Assembly: GCF_964355755.1 (NCBI RefSeq)
Contig: NC_092679.1
Location: 22,613,432-22,677,431 of the forward strand
Source of the DNA: Antedon mediterranea
Taxonomy: Eukaryota; Animalia; Echinodermata
Direction of reading: 5' to 3'
Length of the DNA: 64,000 bases
Shown piece by piece: positions 25,253 to 46,031 of this stretch. The position numbers and the translations under genes are program-made. Within the stretch, counting starts at the first letter, position 1. Each line of letters begins with the position of its first letter. The notes under the pieces are model-generated. The model did not search any database. It was not told the origin of the DNA and saw only the letters and a list, made by a program, of their open reading frames with translations.

Positions 25253-25801
25253 TCGGTTAAATATTGTTGAAAGACGCCCAAATGAAAACAGTTTGGTTAT
25301 TTTGTAAACACTGTATTGTGCACCATACAATCATTCTATCACTTTTTTGGGGTTTTTGATGTTTTTAAATTTTAATTCAAGTTATAATTCACAAAAGAAA
25401 CATTTCGTATTTTGTAATAAAATTCTGAAGTCTTAGCTGAAACTATTGTGTACGATATGATACATTTTAATTGCAATTTTAAGAGTATTTCAAATGTATA
25501 GTTATTTTTTTTAAATTTTCAGTGCAATTATCTGTATTAAGTAAAGAGAAGATTTTAATGACCTTTTGCCATTGAATTATATTATTTAAGTTTTTTTTTT
25601 TTTCATTACGGTATATACACTATTTGGATAGTGAGATTTTACTCGTAAATATCTAAACAAAAATTTAATCAATTAACAAAAATGTTAATAAAAACCCACC
25701 TTAAAAGTTTACATTTATCACAAAACATTAAATTCTTTCATTCCAGTATTAAAAGTGATCATATCAAAATTATTCTGCTGCAGTTACTGCAGTAACTACT
25801 A

Positions 25802-26576
25802 CAGGGGCGCAGCCAGTGGGGGGGTCACGGGGGTCCTGACCCCCCTTTTTTTTAAGAAAAAATAAATAAAAACATGAGACAACAATACAGATCAAATCAT
25901 CCTGGAGATACTGTGGAAGATTACTACCGAGCAGTATTACCAAATCAACTTCTTGATTACAAACCGAGTTAAAAACCCGTTTTTCTGCTGATAACAGGCC
26001 ATGCTTTAAAATATTTGGCGTAGCACCCGAGTCTATCGTGAAGTGTAATGTTGAAGAAGTCTTCAAGGAACTTGGATTTGGTACGATGATCTGTTAAGAC
26101 ACGAACATCTTCATTCCGAGCTTCAGTGATGGAAGCGACTGTGTAAAATTAGCGGATCCAGATGTGTTCCCGAATGTGCGTGCACTTCTTCTAATCGCGT
26201 AGGCCTATGCCCGTAACGTCTGCTTAAGCTGAGCGGAGTTTTTCGACTTAATGGAGAACGAAAACCTGTTTGGGAAATCACATGTCTTATGAGCAGCTTT
26301 CGGGATTGTACCTCATGAACATACACTTTAACATGAACATTAAAGTGGAGCTACACTCAGACTTTCTCAGCTTATATTATGTTTAAGTATGTTTAATTGA
26401 AAGTGATTACATAAAAAAAAACAGGAAAAATACGGAAATATTTTCCAAAAACTCATTTCTAAAAAATCGGGCCCCTGGCGGCCCCCTGGCCCCCAGCCCA
26501 TGGTTGCTCGCTTCGCTCGCAAAATACTCACATATTGGTTGACCCCCCCTTTAATTCTTTGCTGGCTGCGCCCCTG
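25802..26576 (+). mobile_element. Internally deleted hAT transposon with degenerate transposase C-terminus
   Basis: TIR CAGGGGCGCAGCCAG at both ends; imperfect 8-bp TSD aactacta/tactactt. The interior reads FPNVRALLLIA..PVTSA*AERSFST*..KT...M..EQLSGL.LMNIH, the hAT dimerisation domain with stops. Confidence 0.85.
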
Positions 26577-27639
26577 TACTACTTTTACTTTTTACTGCAG
26601 TAAAGTATGATCTTAGTTCTTAGTTAAACTTCCACATTAGCAAGTAAGTTTATGAGCACTGCAATAAACTAGTTTGTGCGATTACCCAAAAATGGCTTGT
26701 TAAAATAATTGCATTACTTCAGTAGAATAATTTTGGCATGGTCCGTAACTAGTTGATAGTGCCATGACGACATGTAATTGTATTAATGAAAGAAAGTGTA
26801 TTTATATTTTAATATTTTATGCAATTTTATATATTGAAGTGGAATAGTAAATATGGTATTGGTTATAAAACCTGATATTGTATTTATCAAAACAAATAAA
26901 AGAAAAATAATACGAGAAACAAATTTATTTATTTCTTTTTCAGTAATTTTTAATTCACAATACATTTAAGGGTCTTTCATATCTTCTCTGGAACAGCTCT
27001 GTGTTAGATTGCAAGTACAGCATTACTGTAGCGACTTTTGTTTTCATGACGCGTCACAGAGCTACGTACAGTACATATTGAGTAAAAAGATAATTCTGTG
27101 CACGCTCCGAGAACATGGCTATGCATAGAATGATCTTTTTACTCGATTGGCACATGTACCACGATATAGATTGTATTTACCATATCGGAGCCAGAGCATG
27201 TGTAAATGGCCTTTCGAAGAACAACATATTTACAGGAATTAGATGTTCATTTAGTATTAAGAAATCCTTAAGTTTTGATAAAAATAGGTGTAGTGTTTTC
27301 TCCGGTCAACAGACCAAATATGGGCTCAGTGTGACCATAGCTTTAAAGGCCAAAAGAGATAAATAATATGGTTCTCATTAGCACCTCTCAAAATCAAGGA
27401 CGACATTAGGTTTTTTTTAAGGATTATTAGGATTATTTCTTTTAAGATAAATTTTTTTGACACAATTTCACACACAAGAGTCTGGCTAGAACCATTTCAT
27501 GTATTTCCTATGGCCTAAAACATACAATTTGATTAGTGATGTGTACATGACAAAAGCTACTAATGTCTTCAGACTAAATAATTTATTAAGAACGAAGTTT
27601 AAATTTGGTTATTTAGTTCCTGAAATTCGTTGACTTGGT

Positions 27640-30600
27640 TTAATCAATCTGGGGATTGTTCCGGAAGAGATATTCGGCCTGAAAAAAAAAAGGATTTTGT
27701 TTAGTTCTCATATCTTTCCATTACAATAAATGCATGCCTGTTAGTGTTAGATAAAAAGTTACAAATAAAGTTTTTATCCTAAGCCTCTTACCAGATAGTC
27801 TATAGCATCATCAGGCCTGACTTTACAGCAATCAATGAGGCCTTGGGTGAGGGTTGGCATTACATGTTTCATCAGGTAGTTCCTTAACGGTATCGATTGA
27901 TTTTCAAGTACCTCTTGTTCCTGTCGCTTCACCTCCTCTAGTCGGTTGGTCTGCAAGATAAAGCAAAACTCAGGCTAGATTTTATAGATATTTGGTATTG
28001 CTCAACATTTGTTGATAACATTGTTGTTTATTAACACCAAGATCGGGGATTCTGATGTTAGAACTTAAACCTGGCAATAACTGCTGTTGTTGCTTGTGAG
28101 AAATATTTTATACCAGTGTGTTCGGAAAATTATGATCTTTTTATGTGTTGTGTTGGGATATCACCCCTGTTGCATTAGTGAAATTTGCTATAACATGTTG
28201 TAGTTGTTCAGGGATATTCATACAATACTGTAGTACATGTATCACTGACCCATTCAGTTTGTCGTTTAATTGTTTCAGCCTTTTCTTCTGCCTCTTTCCT
28301 TTCAATTTCTTCTTTTTCTTCCTGTTCTTTCTTTAACCTTTTTTCTGCCTTTATTCTGTCCATTTCCTCCACCTCATCTGCTGTTGGCCCATAGTTTCTT
28401 GGTTCCCCCATGATCTTTACGATTTGTTCAACAATATTTTGGTTCTTGGGGTCAGTCTCCTTTGACACATCTGGAAAAATAGTTGAGATGTTTATATCCA
28501 TTTCATCATTTACTTAATTAATCTGTATAATTCACTTTTACCAAGTGTGGAGGAGGACTATTTCCAAACAGTCTCCATTACTACAACTATCTTCAGCAGC
28601 TTAAGTACTCTACTGAAGTTTCTGTAGAGAGTATGTTTTACTTTAGCAATTTGCTTTGTTTCAATTGCTGCAGTAATTGCATGATATCTGTTGCAGAAAT
28701 ATTAAGTTACTGCAGGAGATTGACTGACCTATATTCTCTGGATGAAACTCCAGCTCATCAAAGTAGTTGAGAACTGTTGTGTCTTCTTCGTTGAGCACTC
28801 GGAACTCCTGGAGGCGTCTCTGCAGACCATCTTCTGTGTTGTGCGTGCCAGCAACTACACTTTCAGGCAGGTTCATTACCCGATCCTTGAGAAACTCGTC
28901 GGTACAGTTCAACGATATGATGACCTCTGGCATAATGTTTTTATCAAAGACAGGCATTTTGGAATTCTCTTCCTGCTCATCTTCATCATCAACTGAAATT
29001 GAAATACATTTTTTTTTGTAGTTTTTAAAGATACATTGTCCCCCTGAAAAAATAATTTTTGTTGAATATGCCATTTTAATGTCACACAATAGTTATTTAT
29101 TTTTACGAAAAATTGGATCGAGAAAAAAAATGTCTACCTGGAAAAACGCAAAAAATAGTTAGATTGACTGGAAGTCAATGGGTTAACCATTTATTTTGTC
29201 TTTTTATAAGTAAAAACATTTTTTTTAATATCTTTTTTCTACAGAAGATTAACTTTATTAAAACTGCAAAATGGCAATACTAAGCTAAAAAAAAATTACC
29301 TTATCAGTCCCTCCTGCCTAAAAAAGGCAAATTAATTTTGTAGAGGTCATTTTTTTTCTTAATCTGAGTATACAGTATACTATGGTAAAAGAAGAAGTCA
29401 GGAATAAAATTATCAATTATGATTTAGTGAAAATACCTGCAAACAGCTCTTTAGCCTGCTCCATTGTCTTTGGATAACCATCCAAAATGAAGCCTTGGTT
29501 CTGGCACGGCATAGAATGAAGCTTGTCACGAAAGAAGGGAATAATATACTGGTCATCAATACGTCCTACAAATGGAAAAAAATTACTTTTTATAAATGAA
29601 CAGTTCATCCTACTATCTGCTGTCATGAACCTTAAAAAATGTGCCTATATATGGACATGATGATGTGATATCACTACCATCCATATTTGAGCACATCACA
29701 CTTTTTTTTAAACTAGTTTGATAGTGTAGACAGAGCTTTAATTCATATGAACAAGCTTAAACCCTGTTCACACACCATTGTTTGCCTCTTTATTCTCCAT
29801 TATAGTTTCTAACAGTTCGTGGTCTTCCTGGGCTTTTCCATCATCGTCCTCGTTTTCATCCGAATCTACACGGGCTGCGCTTTTCTCCTAACAATGTAAA
29901 GATAAATTTTAGTTACAGTAAAAGCTAGTTGAAAGGAGAAAAAGCACTTCTATGAAATGTTTTCTAAAAAGATTTCCTTACCAAACCATTTTCAAACCTT
30001 CTAGCTAACAGTAAAGTGTAAATGTATTATTAATCGTCCTCAGAAACTAAGCAAATTTGGATTAGACGAACGGAAGCCACATTGTAGCCAACCACGATTA
30101 GCTCACCGGGCATGTACAAGGACCAACAACTTTACATCCCATCCGAAGTACGAAGCAATTAATGTCAAATATCTTGCCCAAGGATATAAGCAATATGGCA
30201 TAGACAGGACTCGAACCCATGCCTCTCGCATGCCAGGCTGATATCTGTACAATTACACTAAACTGCTCTCAGCCCCGGCCAACAAATTTAATACATTCCC
30301 AAGCCCGTTGGACATCGATTTATGTCATTAAGTATGTCAAAAAAAAAAAATTATAAATAAAATAAATTAAAATTATATTAAAACATACCAACATTTCAAT
30401 TGCCTCCCTGATCACATCATTAATCTTAATATGATGCAGTTTGTACTGCTTACACAAGGCTTGTACGATGCTGGTTTTGCCACTAGCTGGTGGGCCTAGA
30501 ACACAGGCTCTCATTGGCTGCAAGAAGAAACAAGAATATTATAAACAAATCGTAATTTGGAATTTCCAGAACAGGGTATACCAACAAACCGTTAAATTCA

Positions 30601-33600
30601 TTAGACAACTCTATATAAGATAATAAAGTTTATAAAGCACACATATCCACAAACTGCTCAAGGTGCTACTATATACAGTAGAACACTATTCAGAGGATAT
30701 GCATATTACAGGACACTCTAGTGGCCGTATATGTTTTAACACTCTTCAACCCCTGTTAACATCAACGAATGGAGTGAAAAATACTTGAGGCTTGTGGAGG
30801 AAACTGGTGAAATGCTCAATTGCAAAGTGACCCTACAACCACACCCAGTTACTAGTAACAGTATGAAAATTATATCGCAGAAAATAGTAGTGTTAATAAT
30901 AACAGTAGGCCCGTTTTAATTCGCTTAGATAACTATGTAACATTAGGGAGCTATCGATTATAGACCCACGGGACAACCACTGTAGTAACACGGGACAACC
31001 ACTATAGTAACACGGGGCAACCACTGTAGTAACACGGGACAACCACTGTAGTAACACGGGACAACCACTGTAGTAACACGCTCCTCACCAGTAGCCCTCT
31101 TGTTTGTTTATACTCCTTGATAACGTCAGTAATATTCTCTTTCAAGCCAGTTTCTGCTACCCAGCGTATGTTCATGTTCTCCTTGATGTACACGCCATCC
31201 ATTCGTAGGTTCACAAGAAGCATATCAAAGTCACTTTGCTAGAGAAAATAAAACGAATTAATAAAAAACAATTAATATACTTTGTTTATTAACAGTTTTT
31301 AATAACATATCTTATCCTAATGAAAACCTGTGAAAACTGATACCTGAAGCTGCAGGCAAAAACAATTTCAAAGTATCAATATTAGTTTTACAAAAATAAA
31401 TGTACATTTCCTTAGAAATAGAAACTAAATTGAATTGTTTGATTATAAACTTTCATTGAAATGTTTCGTTGTTTGTACCACTGGTTTAGTTTTCATTATA
31501 AAACTGATTATATGTTAGTATTGATTAGGCTAATTACTGCAGTAAACTTACTTTTACATCTTTCTTTAGCAATGTTTCTTCTTTTGTGATATGCTTCACT
31601 TTGCCAGTTCCCAAGTCAGTACTTATAATCTATACAAACATAACAAATAAATTAAATGTGTTGTAAATGATTTTATTTGAATATATGGACATGATGTACC
31701 ATATTTGGGAAAATCATCAATTTTTTTGTCAAACTACAGTAGTTTAATAGTGTAGACAGAGCTTTAAATTGATAAAGGGAATATCAACCTGCAACTTTGA
31801 TAAATACTCACTTTAACAACATCTTCTAGAGTGTTCTGAGAGTCATCAACGGCAACTAAGTACCTTGTCTTGGGGCGACTGTCGGCAATGTTTTGGAGTA
31901 CACTGAGTAAAAAATACAACATAAAATCACTAAGTTACAATAATAATTCATTAATCATTAACAAATGACATAAATTTTATATCAAACTCAAACTGCAGAA
32001 TGTAAATTTAGATCTTGGGAAAGTTTCCATATAGTTGCCGTACTTATCACACTTAGGCTCAGGGAAAAATCTTAGTGAATACAATTTAAGGGAAATACTT
32101 AAATATTTATTGAGTTAAGTTAAACACCTAATATGTAAGGGAACTATCGCACTTAAGTATGATTGGTGAATACGGCCACAGAATTAACAGTTGCTAAACT
32201 TACCCAGCCAAATCCTTAATGTGAATTGTAGGCAGAATATTCATTCCATTACCAAAGCATTGTAATGCATCTGTGTTACCATGCCAGGCAGTCTATGGTT
32301 AAAGATTATATATAAATAAATAAAAACCTAATTTTTCAGTTTCTTTATGGTTTAATAGAACATACAGTTTATATATTACTTACCCTGAATAAGTCGTGGA
32401 ATATTTTTTCGCCTGCTCCATATGTGAGGCCAGTTGCTACTACATATGTAACAAACTTTGCTTTGTTCTGCAAAAGAGATAATAAATAAATAATATAAAT
32501 AACTTTCTAGAAAGGTCCAGGGTACACAATTCAAGTCTGTAATCAAACGGACGGAGCAAGACCTAAAGCATTCAAGAAGGCAGCAATCCAATTGGACGCG
32601 GATTAGAAAAATTGTAGAAGAGGTGCAGTCAAAAACTTATTTTCGTGTGGCCTGGTTGCTCACTGTGTAACACAAGAATATTGCACTTTGACGATAGTAA
32701 GAGTTCAATAGTATGTCTATTGAATATCTTGTGACCCAAAATCCTCCAATCAAATGACTAGAATCTATTCAGGTTTGCATTTTTATAAAGGGGCATATAG
32801 TTGCACACGGGGTTGCACAGTAGGAAGATGGATAGTGTATTTAACTATGTAGTATTGAAAAGGTATATTAGTTGTTGCAATCTTACTTTTCTATTGTTAT
32901 GTTATTATGTGCAAACAAATTATTAAATAAAATAAGAGTTAGTACTTACTGTCTTTCCGTGTTTGATGACAAGCTTTTCGGCACTAATATGATTCTTAAA
33001 ATTAGGGTGAGGTTTTCTTCTTCTATAGTCGTCCTCAGTAAATGGAATTTCTGGGTCATCCTTGGAGAAAAACAATTAAAATGAGTAAGTACTAGTAGGT
33101 ATTTTTGTTCAGTGTGAAAGGGGCTCTAGACAAGAGAGGTAAATGAGTAATTGAATACTTACAGGATCAAGAGGCTTACTCTTTGCCCATGTCATCACAG
33201 TTGACAACAAAATAAATATCTTTGGAATCTTAAACCGTTCCAACTCGGCATGGAGTGCTAGAAAAAGTATAAAAAGTGACAAATACATTAATAAACATGT
33301 TTTCATTTTTATACATGTGTAATTGAAATTAGATGACAATTGTATTCCTCAAAAGGATATCTGTACTGTATGTGTCATTTCAATCCGTTTTCAGGTTTTA
33401 GAGTCAAGGGTAGCCTAAGTTTCGATCTTAACATATGTTAATTAATATCACAATTAGTCAATTAATAATTAAAATACACATCTTGAGGTTGAAAGGAACC
33501 TTAAAAAATGTTTAAAAATGAAGACGGATCCAAGTATCATATTTTGGGTTTGAAATAATTGGCTTCTACAAAAGTTGATGAGCATGCCAAAATGCAGTAC

Positions 33601-34747
33601 AGTATATAAAGTAGACTTGTAAAATAAACCTGATACAGCCCATGTTGCTTCGTCAATTTGACCTGGGTCCTCGTTGATGTCATAAATGACAACATCGCAC
33701 TCTGACATATGTTCCAACATCTGCGCTTTGTCTTTAAACTAGAAAAAATTAAGTTGTTATTCAAGAAGAATAAAGGTTATTTTGTATTGTACTGTAAGTT
33801 AATTAAATTTAAATTTGAAAAGTTTACCCTCAATAAAATTGTTTTATAATAAATTTATTGATGATTTAAAACTTTTCTATCATCAAGGATCCAGTACTCC
33901 GTTGAGAAGTCACCAGATATGGCTTACATTAAATATTTCTGTCACCCATTCTGGTTTCTCTCCATCCTGGTTCTTGAGCGTGCCAACGATCTCATATGTA
34001 CCTTCTTTGGTAACCAAGGTATCACTTTTGACGGATTCTGTGTCTTCTTCTTCCTCCAACTCTTCTAGAGATGCATTGATGACGCACGTTGAAAGAAACT
34101 AAACATTAAAAAAAAGCATAACAATCATAAATAAATACAACAACTAGACCTAGGGGCCTAGTCATACTCATAGGCCTAGTTTATTTATTTTAATTTGAAG
34201 GTTATATCAACAGTAATGTATAAGGTAGGCCTAGAATAGCTTAACTTAAAATTATCTATAACACTACATCCAAGTGATGAACTATGGCATGGATGGATGG
34301 GACAACAATAATGACTTCCTAGCCTAGTCCTTATACCAATATTTACCTTTTTATTTGACTAAATATTTTATTATTTTATTTACCTAGGTAGGCCTAGGCC
34401 CTACATCAATTTATACTGTAGCCTACGCCTAGCCACTTTTAAAAGTACTTTTGAGCTAGGCCTAGACATACTACATCCATCCCCATAAAGGACCACCACC
34501 ACAACACACAATCAATGAGAATGTCACACATACAGCATGCAGGCCACACACAGACATTTTTGACGACGGCCTAGGCCTAGCTTTAAAGCATTGCTTGTGT
34601 GATAAATCGAAACTCAAATTTGACAAATATATTACTAAAACATGCCTTTGATATTGCTCCTCCCTCATAACTATCAACAAGGTTGATAAATATTCGTTTT
34701 CTTGTTAATTTTTCTTGTACAGTAGTACTTTCTGTGTCTTCCGCCAT
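27640..34747 (-). CDS. AK7: Adenylate kinase 7 (710 aa, ciliary; C-terminal Dpy-30 motif)
   Basis: 17 exons: 34747-34646, 34098-33928, 33738-33630, 33257-33163, 33060-32950, 32467-32384, 32292-32204, 31902-31812, 31629-31552, 31238-31089, 30517-30389, 29887-29776, 29565-29437, 28992-28729, 28470-28250, 27950-27792, 27678-27640. Motifs [27 protein letters not shown]-loop [40 protein letters not shown]. Confidence 0.96.
29633..29739. mobile_element. MITE family A partial copy
   Basis: gtgcctatatatggacatgatgatg...aactagtttgatagtgtagacagagcttta. Confidence 0.7.
30025..30280 (-). mobile_element. Degenerate tRNA-derived SINE
   Basis: Minus strand has B box gggttcgagtcc, then tatccttgggcaagatatt and cttcggatgggatgtaaagttgttggtcc conserved-domain-like motifs. 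Confidence 0.55.
30967..31080. repeat. 22-bp tandem repeat (~5 copies) next to an AK7 donor site
   Basis: Unit cacgggacaaccactgtagtaa. Confidence 0.9.
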
Positions 34748-35720
34748 GACTTTATTTTTCGTTGTTATACGTCGCTAAGGAATTAACCCTTGACACATCT
34801 TGGTGTTCATCCAACCGTTTCATTGAAAACAAACGCAACAAAAGTTTGTTGTCATATAAATAAATGTATAGAAAATGATGTTATTACATGTTTTTGTAGA
34901 GTTGATCTTCTGATATTTTGTTGTAGTTAGGGCCTAGTACCTATATTAAATTTCATGAGCTCCTATATTAAATAAAATATTGACAAATCTAAATAAAAAT
35001 TTGCAGGAACTCTTATAATTAGTACGTATTATATGTACTACTTACTATACTATATGATCTTTGGTAGTCCTACTATTTAATTTCGTTATTCATTTTTAAA
35101 AATCGAGTAAACATTTTTACAAATACTGTATTATAAAATAAAAAATAAATTGATAATAGAATGAATGATGATAACATGATGGTTTATTTCAAGTTTATTG
35201 TTTCACACAATACAAAATACAATATGATAAGAACATACATTAATAATAACAATTGTGTGAGGAGGACGCATTAACCCAAGGCTTATAATCATGGTATATA
35301 ACATTATACCCCCACCTTCCACAATGTGTAGGCCCTAATCATATATATAGTGAATATGCCTTAATTAAACAATTAAAACGAAAACCACATACGTGGATGA
35401 CAGCAGAAATCTAAACGTTTTAAAAAAAAACAGGCTGGAGTGCGTGACGCTGTTCTAAAAATTCGAACCTCCCCCCGTGAATCTCAACCCCCCTGCACCT
35501 ACTACTCTTCCACTAGAACAACTGCCACTGAATGTAAAATCGTTTTTGATTTGTAAGGTAAATAATAAATCCAGTTCTAGCCATATACATCATCATTTGT
35601 CACTGCAGGAAATTATTCGCGGTAGTAGATTTAGAGAGGTGGCCCATGAAACTGTTAAAGTTCCACGTGTCACATCAAAAGTATCAATAAGTCATAGTTA
35701 GAAACGTGACGATTTTAATA

Positions 35721-36045
35721 AAGCTTGGTTCCCACTAGAACGTAACGCAAGGATGTAAACGCAACGCAAGCGTTTTAACCAATGACAAGCGAAGTTATAG
35801 ACGGTTAGCAATAACAAGCGAATAAGCCATCGCGTGTGATTGGTCAATTCACTTGCGTTGCGTTACGTCCTTGCGTTGCGTCGCTAGTGGGAAGGATCCT
35901 ATGTTCGGCGTAACTTGTGTCGAATATAAAGAAAAGAAAGTTCGCCCAATGTGGGGCTCCAACCCACGACCCTGAGATTAAGAGTCTCATGCTCTACCGA
36001 CTGAGCTAACCGTCCTTGCGTTACGTTCTAGTGGGAACCAAGCTT
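35721..36045. mobile_element. MITE family B (TIR AAGCTTGGTTCCCACTAGAACGTAACGCAAGGA) carrying a captured tRNA-Lys fragment
   Basis: Perfect ~33-bp TIRs with TA on both flanks. 35721-35893 is near-identical to the tRNA-free copy at 52406-52587. Confidence 0.85.
35943..36015 (-). tRNA. tRNA-Lys(CTT), probably a pseudogene (5' bases replaced, T-loop mutated)
   Basis: Minus strand cggttagctcagtcggtagagcatgagactCTTaatctcagggtcgtgggttGgagccccacattgggcg. Acceptor-stem positions 2-3 are mismatched, TTCG is changed to TTGG, and a T-rich terminator-like flank follows. Confidence 0.8.
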
Positions 36046-36433
36046 TACGTTGCATTTACGTACATCCTTGCGTTTGCGTCCTAGTGTGCACCAAGCTTAA
36101 TCATCTCTATTCCCTATAACACACTGCATTATAATCAATTCAAACAAATTAACCAAACAAAAGTAACTAATACGTCTTCAAAGCTAGCGCCGAATTTTAA
36201 AAGTTAATAATAAATTAGATGCTCATGGATTTTTCATATTGCGTAAATTTCTAACGCGGTCGAAAAAACCCAATAAAATAATGATTTCACTTTTATTATA
36301 GAAAATCATAACGCTTGAATTTAACCAGTGTCCATGCACCAAATACGTTTTTATCAAATAAGTTTGTTTTTTTACTTTAGTTTTTTAATATTTTTAGTAT
36401 TAGTTAGCTTATGTGACATTGAAAAATGGTTTA

Positions 36434-36614
36434 AGGGTCTTTCACACCTGTTCCGGCACGGTTCCGGTCCGGCGCCGGAAAATCCAATCGAACGTCAATG
36501 TTTCGTTTTCACGCGGCTACGCGCATATCGATTGGCGCATAGCCGCGTGAAAACGAAACATTGATGTTCGATTCGCCGGACCGCAACCGTGCCGGAACAG
36601 GTGTGAAAGACCCT
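36434..36614. mobile_element. 181-bp hairpin MITE (PIF/Harbinger-like)
   Basis: AGGGTCTTTCACACCTGTTCCGGCACGGTT inverted at both ends, near-fully palindromic, TTA TSD. Confidence 0.88.
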
Positions 36615-36762
36615 TTATTCAACGAAAAAACAATATTACGTCATTTCAATTAATTACACTCAGGGGGAAATGATTAATTAATTAATTAGATCGAAGTATT
36701 GTCTTTTAAAAAAAAATCTTTTTAATATTTTAAAGTTGTAATAGGCTGGTATTTGATAAACT

Positions 36763-36997
36763 ACGTGGCGTTAATTAATAAAATAAACGAATTTCTATGA
36801 ATATTGAGATTATACTGTACTTTAGACATTAAATAGATACAAATCTGTTATTAAAATAATTGTAAAGCAGCGCCGCCAATATGATTCAAGATCACATGAT
36901 TATGCCACGTCGTTTTGAATCGTCACAAACCAATTACCCAATCCCCTATCCGAGGCAATGCCAAGTATCCTTAGATATGACGCCATTTTGAACTTCC
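36763..36997 (+). promoter_or_regulatory. RAB1 proximal promoter motifs (2x ACGTGGC, YY1, ETS)
   Basis: ACGTGGC at 36763 (+) and 36904 (-), CGCCATTTTG at 36981 and ACTTCC at 36992, all upstream of the ATG at 37105. Confidence 0.4.
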
Positions 36998-37104
36998 TCC
37001 TGATTTCGCTATAAAACACATCGTATTTGACCGTCATTTGATCTAACTATAATTTAAAAATCTTTGAAAAAAACGATTTTACAGACAGAGGCAGTAACCG
37101 TGTT

Positions 37105-46031
<8,927 letters not shown>

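Noticed and set aside
34771-34784. RFX X-box-like gtcgctaaggaatt upstream of ciliary AK7
   Set aside because: Plausible by gene function but too degenerate to call without a PWM or conservation.
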